Assembly: GCA_046484865.1 (NCBI GenBank)
Contig: JAWOID010000058.1
Location: 1-37,740 of the forward strand
Direction of reading: 5' to 3'
DNA length: 37,740 nt
Source of the DNA: Candidatus Krumholzibacteriia bacterium
Lineage (GTDB): Bacteria; Krumholzibacteriota; Krumholzibacteriia; LZORAL124-64-63
The notes beneath the pieces are model-generated. The model was given only the letters and a program-made list of their open reading frames with translations. It was not told where the DNA came from and searched no databases. Positions 19,346 to 28,546 of the stretch are shown piece after piece (position 1 is the first letter of the stretch; each line of letters starts with the position of its first letter). A program made the position numbers and the translations under genes.

Positions 19346-20140
19346 ATGAAGTCGTGGCTCTGGATGTCGGATATCCACCTGAACTTCGTCGAACCCGACG
19401 AGGCGGAGGGCTTCCTGCGGAGGGTCGCCCACACGCCGCACGACGGCGTGCTCGTGGGCGGCGACCTGGCCGAGTATCCCGGATTCGCGGCGCTGCTGAT
19501 GGCGCTGGCGCGCTGCACGCCGGCGCCGGTCTGGTTCGTGCTCGGCAATCACGACGCCTATCGCGGCTCGCTCCGCGAGATGCGGCGGCTGGCCGGCGAT
19601 CTCGACGCGACCGTGGACAACCTCCACTGGCTCGACGTGCGGGAGCCGTTCCTGCTCGACGACGAGACGGCGCTCGTGGGGCACAGTTGCTGGGGAGACG
19701 GACGCAACGGTGACGTGGGCGCCACCTCGACCCGGCTCAACGACTGGATCCACATCGAGGAACTGTCCGGGCTCTCCCACGGCGAGCGCGTGGCGACTCT
19801 CGCGCGACTCGGCGACGAGGCTGCCGCCCACCTCGAGAAAGTGGTGCCTGCCGCCGTGGCTCAGCGGCCGCACGTGGCGGTGCTCACCCACGTGCCGCCG
19901 TTCAGCGGCGTGAACATGCGCGGCGACGATCTCATCCGGACCGACGACCTGCCGTTCTACACCTGCGCCGCTGCGGGCGAGGTGCTGCTGCGGCTCGCGC
20001 AGGAGAACCCGGGTCACCGCTTCACGGTGCTCAGCGGCCACACCCACGGCGGCGGCACGTACGAGGTCCTGCCCAATCTCACGGCGCACACCTTCGGCAC
20101 GCAGTACGGCGCACCGCGCTGGCTGCCGGCGCCGCTGTAA
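19346..20140 (+). CDS. Calcineurin-like metallophosphoesterase
   Basis: SDIH, GGD, GNHD, THVPP, GHTH motifs; RBS AGGAGAG before ATG 19346. Confidence 0.9.
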   Translation: MKSWLWMSDIHLNFVEPDEAEGFLRRVAHTPHDGVLVGGDLAEYPGFAALLMALARCTPAPVWFVLGNHDAYRGSLREMRRLAGDLDATVDNLHWLDVREPFLLDDETALVGHSCWGDGRNGDVGATSTRLNDWIHIEELSGLSHGERVATLARLGDEAAAHLEKVVPAAVAQRPHVAVLTHVPPFSGVNMRGDDLIRTDDLPFYTCAAAGEVLLRLAQENPGHRFTVLSGHTHGGGTYEVLPNLTAHTFGTQYGAPRWLPAPL

Positions 20141-20213
20141 CCTCGGGGACGCGTCTGCGTAGAGAGCGCCGAGAGACGACGCGGGCCATCCGACTCACGG
20201 GACTGGAGACCAG

Positions 20214-21635
20214 ATGGAGCCATGGCGGCGGCGCATCCGCGGTCTGGCGGCGCGCCTGGGCGGCATCGAGGCCGACGAACTGGGCAGCGCCGTGCTGGCT
20301 GCCTTGCTCTTCTTCTGCATCCTCTGCGGATACTACATCCTGCGGCCGGTGCGCGAGGAGATGGGGCTGGCCGGCGGGGTCGACAATCTGCCGTACCTGT
20401 ACGTGGCCACCCTCGCGGCCATGCTGGTGGCCACGCCCGTCTTCGGCGCGCTGGTGAAGCGGTACCGGCGCGAGGTGTTCGTGCCGGCGGTGCTGCACTT
20501 CTTCGCCTTCAACCTGCTGATCTTCCTCGCTCTTCTGCACTGGCTGCCCGGCCGGGCCGACGTCGCCCTGGGCCGCGCGTTCTACGTGTGGGTGAGCGTG
20601 TTCAACATGTTCGCCGTATCGCTCTTCTGGAGCCTGGTGGCGGACGGGCTCGGACTCGCGCGCAGCAAGCGGCTCTTCGGCTTCATCGCCGTGGGCGGCA
20701 CCCTGGGCGCCTGGCTGGGCAGCGGCATCACCGCCGTGCTGGTGGAAGCGGTCGGCCGCCAGCCGCTCCTGCTGGTCTCGGTGGTCTTCCTGGAACTGGC
20801 GGTCCTCTGCACGCGCTCCCTCGCGCACCGCTTCCCCGAGCCCGACGCGGCGCCGTCCGCGACGCGGCCCCCGGTGCCGGTCACGGCGCGACCTGCGGTG
20901 CCGGCACCCAGCGGTCTGGAGGCGGTGCGGGCGCCGGAGCGGAACGGCCGGGCCGCCGAGCCGGGCGGGAGCATGCTGGGAGGCATCGCGCTGACGTTGC
21001 GCTCGACCTATCTCCTGGCGGTCGGTGCGTACCTGTTCCTGTACAGCGTCACCTCCACGTTCCTCTACTTCGAGCAGGCGAACCTGGTGGCCCTCCAGAC
21101 GCTGGACCGCGCCTCGCGGGTGGCCATCTTCGCGCGCATCGACGTGTGGGTGAATCTCGCCACGCTGGTCGTCCAACTCGTGCTCACCGGCCGCGTGATC
21201 CGCCGCATCGGCACGGGCTGGACGCTGGCCACGCTGCCGCTCGCCACCGCCGCGGGATTCCTGGCCCTGGGCCTGGCCCCCACGCTGGCGGTGCTGGTGG
21301 CGTTCAAGTCGCTGCGCAGCGTGAGCAATTACGCCCTGGCCAAGCCGGCGCGCGAGACGCTGTTCGCCATCCTCGACCGCAACGGCAAGTACAAGGCCAA
21401 GAACTTCCTCGACACCTTCGTGCGCCGCGGCGGCGACGTGGCGGGCGCCGGCGCGTTCGGCCTGCTGACCCGCGCCGGCGTGGGCCTCGGTGGCGTGGCG
21501 CTGCTGGCCATCCCCGTGGCCCTGATCTGGGCCGTGCTGGCCCTCTATCTCGGACGCGAGCAGAACCGGCGTGCGGCCGCCCGTACCGCAGCGAGCGTCC
21601 GGCCCACCGGAACCATCCAGGGAGCGACTCCATGA
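20214..21635 (+). CDS. MFS transporter, NTT / ADP-ATP translocase-like family
   Basis: YYILRPVREEMG, FYVWVSVFNMFAVSLFWS, KRLFGFIAVGGTLGA, STFLYFEQ, KPARETLF, KYKAKNFLDTFV. Confidence 0.85.
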   Translation: MEPWRRRIRGLAARLGGIEADELGSAVLAALLFFCILCGYYILRPVREEMGLAGGVDNLPYLYVATLAAMLVATPVFGALVKRYRREVFVPAVLHFFAFNLLIFLALLHWLPGRADVALGRAFYVWVSVFNMFAVSLFWSLVADGLGLARSKRLFGFIAVGGTLGAWLGSGITAVLVEAVGRQPLLLVSVVFLELAVLCTRSLAHRFPEPDAAPSATRPPVPVTARPAVPAPSGLEAVRAPERNGRAAEPGGSMLGGIALTLRSTYLLAVGAYLFLYSVTSTFLYFEQANLVALQTLDRASRVAIFARIDVWVNLATLVVQLVLTGRVIRRIGTGWTLATLPLATAAGFLALGLAPTLAVLVAFKSLRSVSNYALAKPARETLFAILDRNGKYKAKNFLDTFVRRGGDVAGAGAFGLLTRAGVGLGGVALLAIPVALIWAVLALYLGREQNRRAAARTAASVRPTGTIQGATP

Positions 21636-22771
21636 AGCTGACCCGACGCGACGTGCTGCGACACGGCACCGCCCTGGCGGCGGCCGCCGGAGTGGTGGGT
21701 CCCCTGGGCGCCCGACGGCTGCTGGCGCAGCCCGGACGGTACCGGCCCGAGCGTGCCGAGCATCCTCTCCAGCTGCTGATCCTGGGCGGGACGGCCTTTC
21801 TCGGACCCCACACCGTGGACGCGGCCCGGGCCCGTGGTCACGAGGTGACGCTCTTCAATCGCGGCCGCACGAACCCGGAGCTGTTCCCCGATCTGGAGAA
21901 ACTGCACGGCGACCGCGACGACGATCTGGACGCCCTGAGGAACCGCCGCTGGGACGTGGTCATCGACAACTCGGGTTACGTGCCGCGCCACGTGCGCCTG
22001 TCCGCCGAGTTGCTGGCGCCCGCCGTCGATCACTACATCTTCATCTCCACCATCTCGGTGTATGCCGACTTCGACCCGCCGTACCTGGACGAGACCTATC
22101 CCGTCGGAACGCTCGAGGACGAAGGCGTGGAGGAGGTCACCGGCACCACCTACGGACCGCTCAAGGCGCTGTGCGAGCGAGCGGCGGAGACCGCCATGCC
22201 GGGGCGAACCACCGTGGTCCGTCCGGGCCTGATCGTCGGTCCGCTCGACCGGTCCGACCGCTTCACCTACTGGCCCGCCCGAGTGCACCGGGGCGGCGAG
22301 GTGCTGGCGCCCGGCGACGGCACCGACTTCACCCAGTTCATCGACGTGCGCGACCTGGCGGAGTTCATCGTCCACTGCGCCGAGCAGCGGCCGGGCGGCA
22401 TCTACAACGCCGATGCGCCGCCCGACTCGCTGACCATGCACCAGTTCCTCGAGACGTGCCGCACGGCCATTGCCGGCGACGCCCGCCTGACCTGGGTGGA
22501 CGCCGACTTCCTGGCCGAGCACGAGGTGGCGCCCTGGTCGCAGATGCCGGTCTGGCTGCCCCCCGGCCTCGAGCCGGCCATGGGCCGCATCAGCACCGCT
22601 CGCGCGCGCCGGGCGGGTCTGGGGCGGCGACCGCTGGAGGCGACCATCCGCGACACGCTGGCATGGTGGCTGACCGAGCCGGAGGAACGGCGCGCCCGCC
22701 CGCGCGCCGGCATCACCGCCGAACGCGAGGCCGAGCTGCTGGCCGCCTGGCACGCCCGGCGGAGCGGCTGA
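21632..22771 (+). CDS. Tat-signal NAD-dependent epimerase/dehydratase (extended SDR)
   Basis: Twin-arginine signal MKLTRRDVLR..ALAAAAG; LILGGTAFLG, FNRG, ISTISVY, YGPLK (YxxxK), RPGLIVGP; ATGA overlap with the MFS stop. Confidence 0.9.
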   Translation: MKLTRRDVLRHGTALAAAAGVVGPLGARRLLAQPGRYRPERAEHPLQLLILGGTAFLGPHTVDAARARGHEVTLFNRGRTNPELFPDLEKLHGDRDDDLDALRNRRWDVVIDNSGYVPRHVRLSAELLAPAVDHYIFISTISVYADFDPPYLDETYPVGTLEDEGVEEVTGTTYGPLKALCERAAETAMPGRTTVVRPGLIVGPLDRSDRFTYWPARVHRGGEVLAPGDGTDFTQFIDVRDLAEFIVHCAEQRPGGIYNADAPPDSLTMHQFLETCRTAIAGDARLTWVDADFLAEHEVAPWSQMPVWLPPGLEPAMGRISTARARRAGLGRRPLEATIRDTLAWWLTEPEERRARPRAGITAEREAELLAAWHARRSG

Positions 22772-22825
22772 GTCGCCGGTTCCTCGAGTCGCCGATTGTG
22801 ATCCGGGTCGTTCTGTCGGACGCCC

Positions 22826-23170
22826 TCAGCCGACCAGATGGAACGTGTGCATGACGTCCTCGAGCACGAAGGCGTCCCGCTCGTCCACCTGGAGGAACTT
22901 GAAGCCGATGCGGTGAAAGGCGGGGTTCTCGTCCGGACGGCACCAGATGGAGCAGGCCTGCAACTGCAGTTCGTCCTCACCGTTGACCATGCGCGGCAGG
23001 AGCAGCCGCAGCCGGAACTCGCGGTCGGGCATGATCTTGTTGCGGGAGACGACCATCATGCCGCCGGCGGTGATGTTGACGAGCCGGCCGAGGACCTGAC
23101 CGGTGGCGGAGTCGACGACGTTCAGGTAGTGGGGGGTCTTGCGGCGACGGCGATTCCGGCGGTCTCGCAT
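22826..23170 (-). CDS. Stand-alone PilZ-domain (c-di-GMP receptor) protein
   Basis: RxxxR (RRNRRR) and NxTxxG (NITAGG) motifs; WC...IGFKF C-terminus. Confidence 0.85.
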   Translation of the reverse strand: MRDRRNRRRRKTPHYLNVVDSATGQVLGRLVNITAGGMMVVSRNKIMPDREFRLRLLLPRMVNGEDELQLQACSIWCRPDENPAFHRIGFKFLQVDERDAFVLEDVMHTFHLVG

Positions 23171-23257
23171 GCTGTGGCCCTCTTCTCCGGGGTGAGCGGA
23201 CGGCGTCCGAAATGCGTGGACGGCGTGGGCCTGCGTCGGCTGCGGGGCCCGTCAAGT

Positions 23258-23284
23258 TCATCGGCCAGGGGCTGCCGGTCTTTA
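23258..23284 (-). promoter_or_regulatory. sigma28 (FliA)-type promoter TAAA-N15-GCCGATGA upstream of the PilZ gene
   Basis: Plus strand ttta 23281-23284 and tcatcggc 23258-23265, 15-nt spacer; 7/8 match to GCCGATAA. Confidence 0.65.
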
Positions 23285-23427
23285 GCCCCGGCGCCGGCAG
23301 GGAGGCGACGTCCGGCGCACGAGCGACGGCCCGGCGAAAGGGCGGCGCCGGGCATACGAACGCCGCCCCCGGTCGGGAGGCGGCGCTCGAGATCGTTTGG
23401 CGAAGTCGCCTCAGGCGTAGCCCGCGG

Positions 23428-25161
23428 TCAGTTCCCCACCGGGTCGCCGTCCTTCCGGGTGCCGGTCTCCGCGGCCAGCCGCTCGAGCTGCTCCGCGTTC
23501 CACTTCTCCGCCTTCGCCAGCAATTCGTCGAGAGTCTCGGCGTCCTCGAAGAGCGCGAGCGCCTCGGCCAGCTGCACGTCCGCCTCGATGGCCACCCGGT
23601 AAGCGGCCTCGGACCCGTACGCGCGCCGCATCACCTCGCGACGGATGCCGCGCTGGAGGTAGTCGCGATTGGCCTGCAGCAGCGAGTCGGTCAGCGACAG
23701 CTCGAACACGCCCAGGTACTCCTCGATGTTCTCGCGTCCGGCCAGGTACTGCCCGAACTTCTCGAGGACCTCCGCGTCGGGACGCCAGTCGCGGGGGATC
23801 TCGCCCTTCTGGTTGACGAGATCCACGGCGTAGCTGAAAAGGGCTCCGTCGCGCTCGACGGCCACCTCGAAATCGCTGAGGAAGTCCTGCTTGATCTCGA
23901 TGTCCGGCGTGACGCCGCCGCCGCCGTAGACCACGCGTCCCTGATCGGTGCGGTACTGCTCCTTCTCGAAGCGCGGCACTTCCTCCTCGGCGGGAGCCCG
24001 CTCCAGCGTCTGCTCCGCCTCGGACTCCGTCCCGTCCTCCTCGATCTCGTCGCGCGGACGATCCTTGTGGATGGAGCGACCCGACGGCGCGTAGTAGCGC
24101 GCAGTCGTCAGCTTGAGCGCCTCGTCCTTGTTGAGCCGGAAGACCGTCTGCACCGAACCCTTGCCGAAGGTCGTCGTGCCGACCACCAGGGCCGAGTCGT
24201 GGTCCTGCAGCGCTGCCGACACGATCTCGCTGGCAGACGCCGACGATCCGTTCACCAGCACCACCATCGGCACGCGGTTGTAGACCTTGCCCCGCGGCTC
24301 GGCGTAGTACGAGACGTTCTGCTGGCGCAGGCGTCCCTTCGTGTAGACCACCAGGTCGCCCTTGTCCAGGAACAGCTCGCTCACCTGCTCCGCGGCCTCG
24401 AGCAGGCCCCCGGGGTTGAAGCGCAGGTCGAAGATCAGGCCCCGCATGCCCGCCGCATCCAGCTGATCGATCTTGGTGCGGATCTCGTCCGCGGTCGTGC
24501 GGGCGAAGTTCTGCACGCGGATGTAGCCGATGTCGCCCAGCATGAAGGCGTAGGGCACGCTCTCCACCTTGATGATCGCGCGCTCGATGGTGAACGGGAG
24601 GGGCTTCTCCACCCCCGGACGCTTGATCGCGATGTTCACCCTGGTGCCCGGAGGTCCCCGCAGCAGCTTCACGGCGTCCTGGCTCGAGAAGTCCCTGGTC
24701 GACTCGCCCTCGATCTCCACGATCTGATCGCCGCCCTGGATCCCCATGTAGTAGGCGGGGGTACCCTCGATGGGCGAGATGACGGTGGGATAGTGGTCGC
24801 GCACGTTGATGGTGATGCCAAGGCCCCCGAACTCCCCCTCGGTGGAGAGCATCAGGTCCTCGTAGCTCACCGGCGGCAGGAACTGGGAGTGCTCGTCCAG
24901 GGTGGCGAGCATCCCCTCGATGGCGGCCTGCGCCACCTCCTCGGGGTCGAGCTCGTCCACGTAGTTGTCGACGATGCGCTGGTAGACGTCTCCCAGCAGA
25001 TCGAGACTCTGGATCCACTTCTGACGGCGGTTCACGTCGTCCTTCTGCGCGGACGCCGGCGCCACGGCCGTCACAGCCAGGGCGAGGACCAGCAGCCAGC
25101 TCGTCAGGACGGCCGGCTGAAATCGTCGACTGAAACGGGGGCGATTCCGCTCACGTGTCAT
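23428..25161 (-). CDS. ctpA: S41A carboxyl-terminal processing protease (PDZ + peptidase)
   Basis: Signal peptide; GEFGGLGI PDZ; DLRFNPGGLL; SASASEIV (catalytic Ser); TFGKGSVQ (catalytic Lys); ATG 25161 with a purine-rich RBS. Confidence 0.93.
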   Translation of the reverse strand: MTRERNRPRFSRRFQPAVLTSWLLVLALAVTAVAPASAQKDDVNRRQKWIQSLDLLGDVYQRIVDNYVDELDPEEVAQAAIEGMLATLDEHSQFLPPVSYEDLMLSTEGEFGGLGITINVRDHYPTVISPIEGTPAYYMGIQGGDQIVEIEGESTRDFSSQDAVKLLRGPPGTRVNIAIKRPGVEKPLPFTIERAIIKVESVPYAFMLGDIGYIRVQNFARTTADEIRTKIDQLDAAGMRGLIFDLRFNPGGLLEAAEQVSELFLDKGDLVVYTKGRLRQQNVSYYAEPRGKVYNRVPMVVLVNGSSASASEIVSAALQDHDSALVVGTTTFGKGSVQTVFRLNKDEALKLTTARYYAPSGRSIHKDRPRDEIEEDGTESEAEQTLERAPAEEEVPRFEKEQYRTDQGRVVYGGGGVTPDIEIKQDFLSDFEVAVERDGALFSYAVDLVNQKGEIPRDWRPDAEVLEKFGQYLAGRENIEEYLGVFELSLTDSLLQANRDYLQRGIRREVMRRAYGSEAAYRVAIEADVQLAEALALFEDAETLDELLAKAEKWNAEQLERLAAETGTRKDGDPVGN

Positions 25162-25267
25162 GATCCGTATCCCTTCCTTCCCTCGGGGGGGCGAGGAGCG
25201 GCGGAGCTGAAGATGATGGTCCCCGGCCGGCCCCGGAGATCGCCCGATCTCGCGGGTATTCCATTTG

Positions 25268-25924
25268 TCACAAGTACTTGAGCAAGCCGTGTTCCAGGCG
25301 CCGGAGCTTCTCGAGCGCGGCAGCCAGGACCTCGGACGCGGGCCGGGCGGCGTCCAGGACGACGTACCTCGGATCACCGCTGGCCGCGAGAGCCTGGTAG
25401 CCCTCGTATACGCGCTCGTGGAAGCTCAGTTCCTCCCTGTCCAGACGATCCCACTCTCGTTTACCCAGCCGTTCGCGGCCGGCCGCCGGCGGCAGGAGAC
25501 AGAGGAAGGTAAGGTCGGGTACCAGCCGTCCGAGCGCCACCTCGTTCAGGTCCCGCACCAGCCGTTCCCCCAGCCGGCGGCCGTATCCCTGGTAGGCCAC
25601 CGAGGCGTCGGCGAAGCGGTCGCAGAGGACGATGATGCCGGCCTCCAGGGCCGGACGGATCCGCTCCCGGACGAGTTGCGCCCGCGACGCCACCATCAGC
25701 AGCAGTTCCGACTCGGCGCACATCTCGGTGGCCGCCGGATCCAGCAGCACGGCCCGGATCCGCTCGCCGATGAGCGTGCCGCCAGGCTCCCGGACCATCA
25801 GCGGCTCGACCCCCTGCTCCGTGAGGCGCCGGGCGATGCTCGCGACCAGCGTGGTCTTGCCGCTCCCCTCCGGCCCTTCGAAGGTGATCAGCAGCCCGCG
25901 GCCGGCCGGTTCGCTGGATTTCAC
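25268..25924 (-). CDS. tmk: Thymidylate kinase
   Basis: ITFEGPEGSGKTT, REPGGT, ASRAQL, LCDRFADASVAYQGYGR, DRLD; GTGA overlap with the upstream stop. Confidence 0.95.
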   Translation of the reverse strand: MKSSEPAGRGLLITFEGPEGSGKTTLVASIARRLTEQGVEPLMVREPGGTLIGERIRAVLLDPAATEMCAESELLLMVASRAQLVRERIRPALEAGIIVLCDRFADASVAYQGYGRRLGERLVRDLNEVALGRLVPDLTFLCLLPPAAGRERLGKREWDRLDREELSFHERVYEGYQALAASGDPRYVVLDAARPASEVLAAALEKLRRLEHGLLKYL

Positions 25925-26616
25925 GGCCTGACCTCTCCCGGAGGGGTTCCGCCGGGGGCGCCAGGGTCGCCGAAGTCGTCTTCCGGGTCGCGCGCGTGCG
26001 CGGACGGGGCGTGACGCGGCCCGGGACCGGGCAGCTTGCGTGCGACGTGCACGATCCTCTGCACGGTGGTCGCCAGGGTGGCGATCGCCAGGAACGTGAG
26101 CACGATCATCAGCACCCAGCGCCCCAGGACCATGCCGACGACCAGCAGGACCACCCGCTCCGGCCGCTGCAGCCAGCCCACCCGGCATGTCTCTCCGAGC
26201 CCCTCGGCCCGGGCGCGGACGTAGCTGGTGGTCAGGCTGCCGACGACGGTGAACAGGATCATCAGGACCGCGAATTGCCAGTTGGGCTTCAGCGCAGCCA
26301 TGAAGTACCACGCGAGCCCGGCGAAGAGCGCCGATTCGCCGAGCCGGTCGAGACAGGAGTCGAGGAAAGCGCCCCGGCGGCTCACGGTGCCCTGCAGTCG
26401 GGCCAGATCGCCGTCGAGCATGTCCAGTCCCGCCCCCACCAGGAAGACCAGCGCGCCCAGGAGCAGGCTCACCTGCGCCACGATCCACCCGGCCAGGAGG
26501 CTGAAGGCGAGTCCCACCAGGGAGATCGACAGCGGGGTGGCGCCCAGGCCGTCGAGCCACAGGACCAGCGGCCGCACCCGGCCTCGCATGTTCTGCTTCA
26601 GAGCTTCGTTGTCCAT
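25921..26616 (-). CDS. CDP-alcohol phosphatidyltransferase (PIP-synthase-like)
   Basis: DMLDGDLAR...GAFLDSCLDR signature; SYVRARAEGLG..VGWLQRPER. Confidence 0.9.
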   Translation of the reverse strand: MDNEALKQNMRGRVRPLVLWLDGLGATPLSISLVGLAFSLLAGWIVAQVSLLLGALVFLVGAGLDMLDGDLARLQGTVSRRGAFLDSCLDRLGESALFAGLAWYFMAALKPNWQFAVLMILFTVVGSLTTSYVRARAEGLGETCRVGWLQRPERVVLLVVGMVLGRWVLMIVLTFLAIATLATTVQRIVHVARKLPGPGPRHAPSAHARDPEDDFGDPGAPGGTPPGEVRP

Positions 26617-26626
26617 GTCACCCTTT

Positions 26627-26743
26627 CTCGGCGGTCACCCGCCATCGCTTCGCGGCCAGGCCGTCATCGGCGGTCGTCCGCCACCACTCCGCGGCGACGT
26701 CGTTATCGGCTGTCGTCCGCCGTCACGTCGCGGCGATGTCGTC
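26627..26743. repeat. Three degenerate 39-nt tandem units spanning the rsmI 3' end and intergenic gap
   Basis: Units start at 26627, 26666, 26705 (xtcggcxgtcxxccgccxxcxxxxcgcggcxaxgxcgtx); the third contains the rsmI stop. Confidence 0.8.
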
Positions 26744-27592
26744 CTCGACGGTCTCGGCCCGCCGTTCGGACCGGCCGCCGACGACCAGGACCAGTTCGCC
26801 CTTCAGCCTCGGCCCGGTGAGCCGGGCCAGGACCTCGGCGGCGCGACCGCGCAGGACCTCCTCGTGCAGCTTGGTGATCTCCCGGGCCACCGCCACGGGT
26901 CGCTCCGGGGCCAGCTCCGCCAGTTGCTCCAGCGTGGCGCGGATGCGGTGGACCGACTCCAGCACGATCACCGTCCCCGTCAGCCGCAGCGCCTCGGTCA
27001 GGAACCTCCGGCGCGCGCCCGATTTGCGGGGCGGATAGCCCAGCATGTGGAAGCGGTCCGGCGGCAGGCCCGAGAGTACCAGCGCGGCCAGCACGCTGGA
27101 AGGGCCGGGAATCACCGTCCAGCCGAGACCGGCGGCGGCCAGAGCTCGCACCAGCACGTAGCCGGGGTCGTTCACGCACGGCATGCCCGCATCCGATACC
27201 ATCGCCACCCGCTCGCCGGCCGCCACCCGCTGCACCACCCGGGGCGCCTGCCGGAGCTTGTTGTGGTCGTGGTAGCTGTCGAGCGTCGCCCGCAGTCCGT
27301 ACCGCTGCAGCAGCCGTCCCGTGTGCCGGGTGTCTTCGGCGTAGACGCGATCCGCCGCCGCGAGCACCGCCAGCGCCCGGAGGGTCACGTCGCCCAGGTT
27401 GCCGATCGGGGTCGCCACGAAGTGGCACGTGCGCTCCGGCCAGCGGACCTCCGGCAGCGACACGCCCGCGACCGGGGCGTCCGGCGGGGTGCCGGGCGGC
27501 GGCGCGCCTCCCGGCGGCGCGCCGGACTGCGGTCCCCCGGACCGGTCCGCGGGCGCATGCCGCCATCCATGCTCTCCCGCCGGCACCCTCAA
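26723..27592 (-). CDS. rsmI: 16S rRNA C1402 2'-O-methyltransferase
   Basis: VATPIGNLGDVTLRA, AEDTRHT, VSDAGMPCVNDPG, IPGPS, ESVHRI, AREITKLHEE. Start uncertain (TTG 27592 coupled to nadE, or GTG 27463). Confidence 0.94.
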   Translation of the reverse strand: MRVPAGEHGWRHAPADRSGGPQSGAPPGGAPPPGTPPDAPVAGVSLPEVRWPERTCHFVATPIGNLGDVTLRALAVLAAADRVYAEDTRHTGRLLQRYGLRATLDSYHDHNKLRQAPRVVQRVAAGERVAMVSDAGMPCVNDPGYVLVRALAAAGLGWTVIPGPSSVLAALVLSGLPPDRFHMLGYPPRKSGARRRFLTEALRLTGTVIVLESVHRIRATLEQLAELAPERPVAVAREITKLHEEVLRGRAAEVLARLTGPRLKGELVLVVGGRSERRAETVEDDIAAT

Positions 27593-28467
27593 TGGATGCC
27601 TCCCTCCGCCGGCGCATCGCCCGCGTCGACGAGCGAGGTGCGTGGCCGGTCCGGATCGGGCCGACCGGGGAATTCCGCCACCGGCGGCGCCACCCGCTTG
27701 AATGCCGTGCTCCGGACCCGCTGGGCCACCCGGCGGATCAGGTCTGCGGAGAACCCCAGGGCGGCGAGCTGACGCTCCTGCAGTCCCTCGTCCAGCAGAT
27801 GATGCAGCAGCCGGTCCGCCGCGGCATAGGTGAAGCCCAGTTCCTCCTCGTCGGACTGTCCCGCCCAGAGGTCGGCGCTCGGCGCCTTCGTCAACACCGC
27901 CGGGGGCAGTCCCAGGTGCCGCGCCAGCGCCCGTACCTCGGCCTTGTACAACCGGCCCAGGGGGTTGAGCGAGCAGGCGCTGTCTCCGTGCAGGGTCGTG
28001 TAGCCCAGCAGTGCCTCGGTACGATTGCCGGTGCCCAGCACAAGCCGCCGGTCGCGCGAGGAGATGTCGTACAGGATGGTCATCCTCGCCCGCGCCATCA
28101 CGTTGCCGCGCCGGATGCGATCGGCGTCCGGCCGACCCGCCAGCAGCGCATCCACCGGCCTGCTGATGTCCACCCGCTCGATGGGGATGCCCAGCCGGTC
28201 GGCCACGTCGCGGGCGTCCTCCTCCGACGCCGGCGCCGACGTGCGGTAGGGCATCAGCACCCCGAGCACCTGCGGGGCTCCCAGCGCCCGCGCCGCCAGG
28301 GCGGCGCTCACGGCCGAATCGATCCCGCCGGAGAGCCCCACGACCACGCGCTCGTACCCGGCGGCCGTGAGCACGGCGCGGATGAAGTCCGTACAGCGCC
28401 GTTCCGCCTCCTGCGGCGGAACCATCCAGTCGGGTAGCTCCTGAAGCTCGTCGTGCGTCCTCGACAT
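27589..28467 (-). CDS. nadE: NH3-dependent NAD+ synthetase
   Basis: GLSGGIDSA, GNVMARARM, GTGNRTE..LGYTTLHGD, KAPSADLW..QSDEEELG; no glutaminase domain; RBS AAGGAG before ATG 28467. Confidence 0.95.
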   Translation of the reverse strand: MSRTHDELQELPDWMVPPQEAERRCTDFIRAVLTAAGYERVVVGLSGGIDSAVSAALAARALGAPQVLGVLMPYRTSAPASEEDARDVADRLGIPIERVDISRPVDALLAGRPDADRIRRGNVMARARMTILYDISSRDRRLVLGTGNRTEALLGYTTLHGDSACSLNPLGRLYKAEVRALARHLGLPPAVLTKAPSADLWAGQSDEEELGFTYAAADRLLHHLLDEGLQERQLAALGFSADLIRRVAQRVRSTAFKRVAPPVAEFPGRPDPDRPRTSLVDAGDAPAEGGIH

Positions 28468-28546
28468 CTCACGCTCCTTGCGCTCGGGCATCCGCTGCGG
28501 CGGCCTCCGCGTCGATCCGAACGTGCCGCCCGGCCGCGGCGGGCAC

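Noticed and set aside
19054..19548. 165-aa N-terminal extension of HppD in the ORF track (similar extensions on tmk, ctpA, site-2 protease, GT9, SDR and EIIA)
   Set aside because: They overlap neighbouring genes, and internal starts with RBS or stop-start coupling give normal family lengths; not true fusions.
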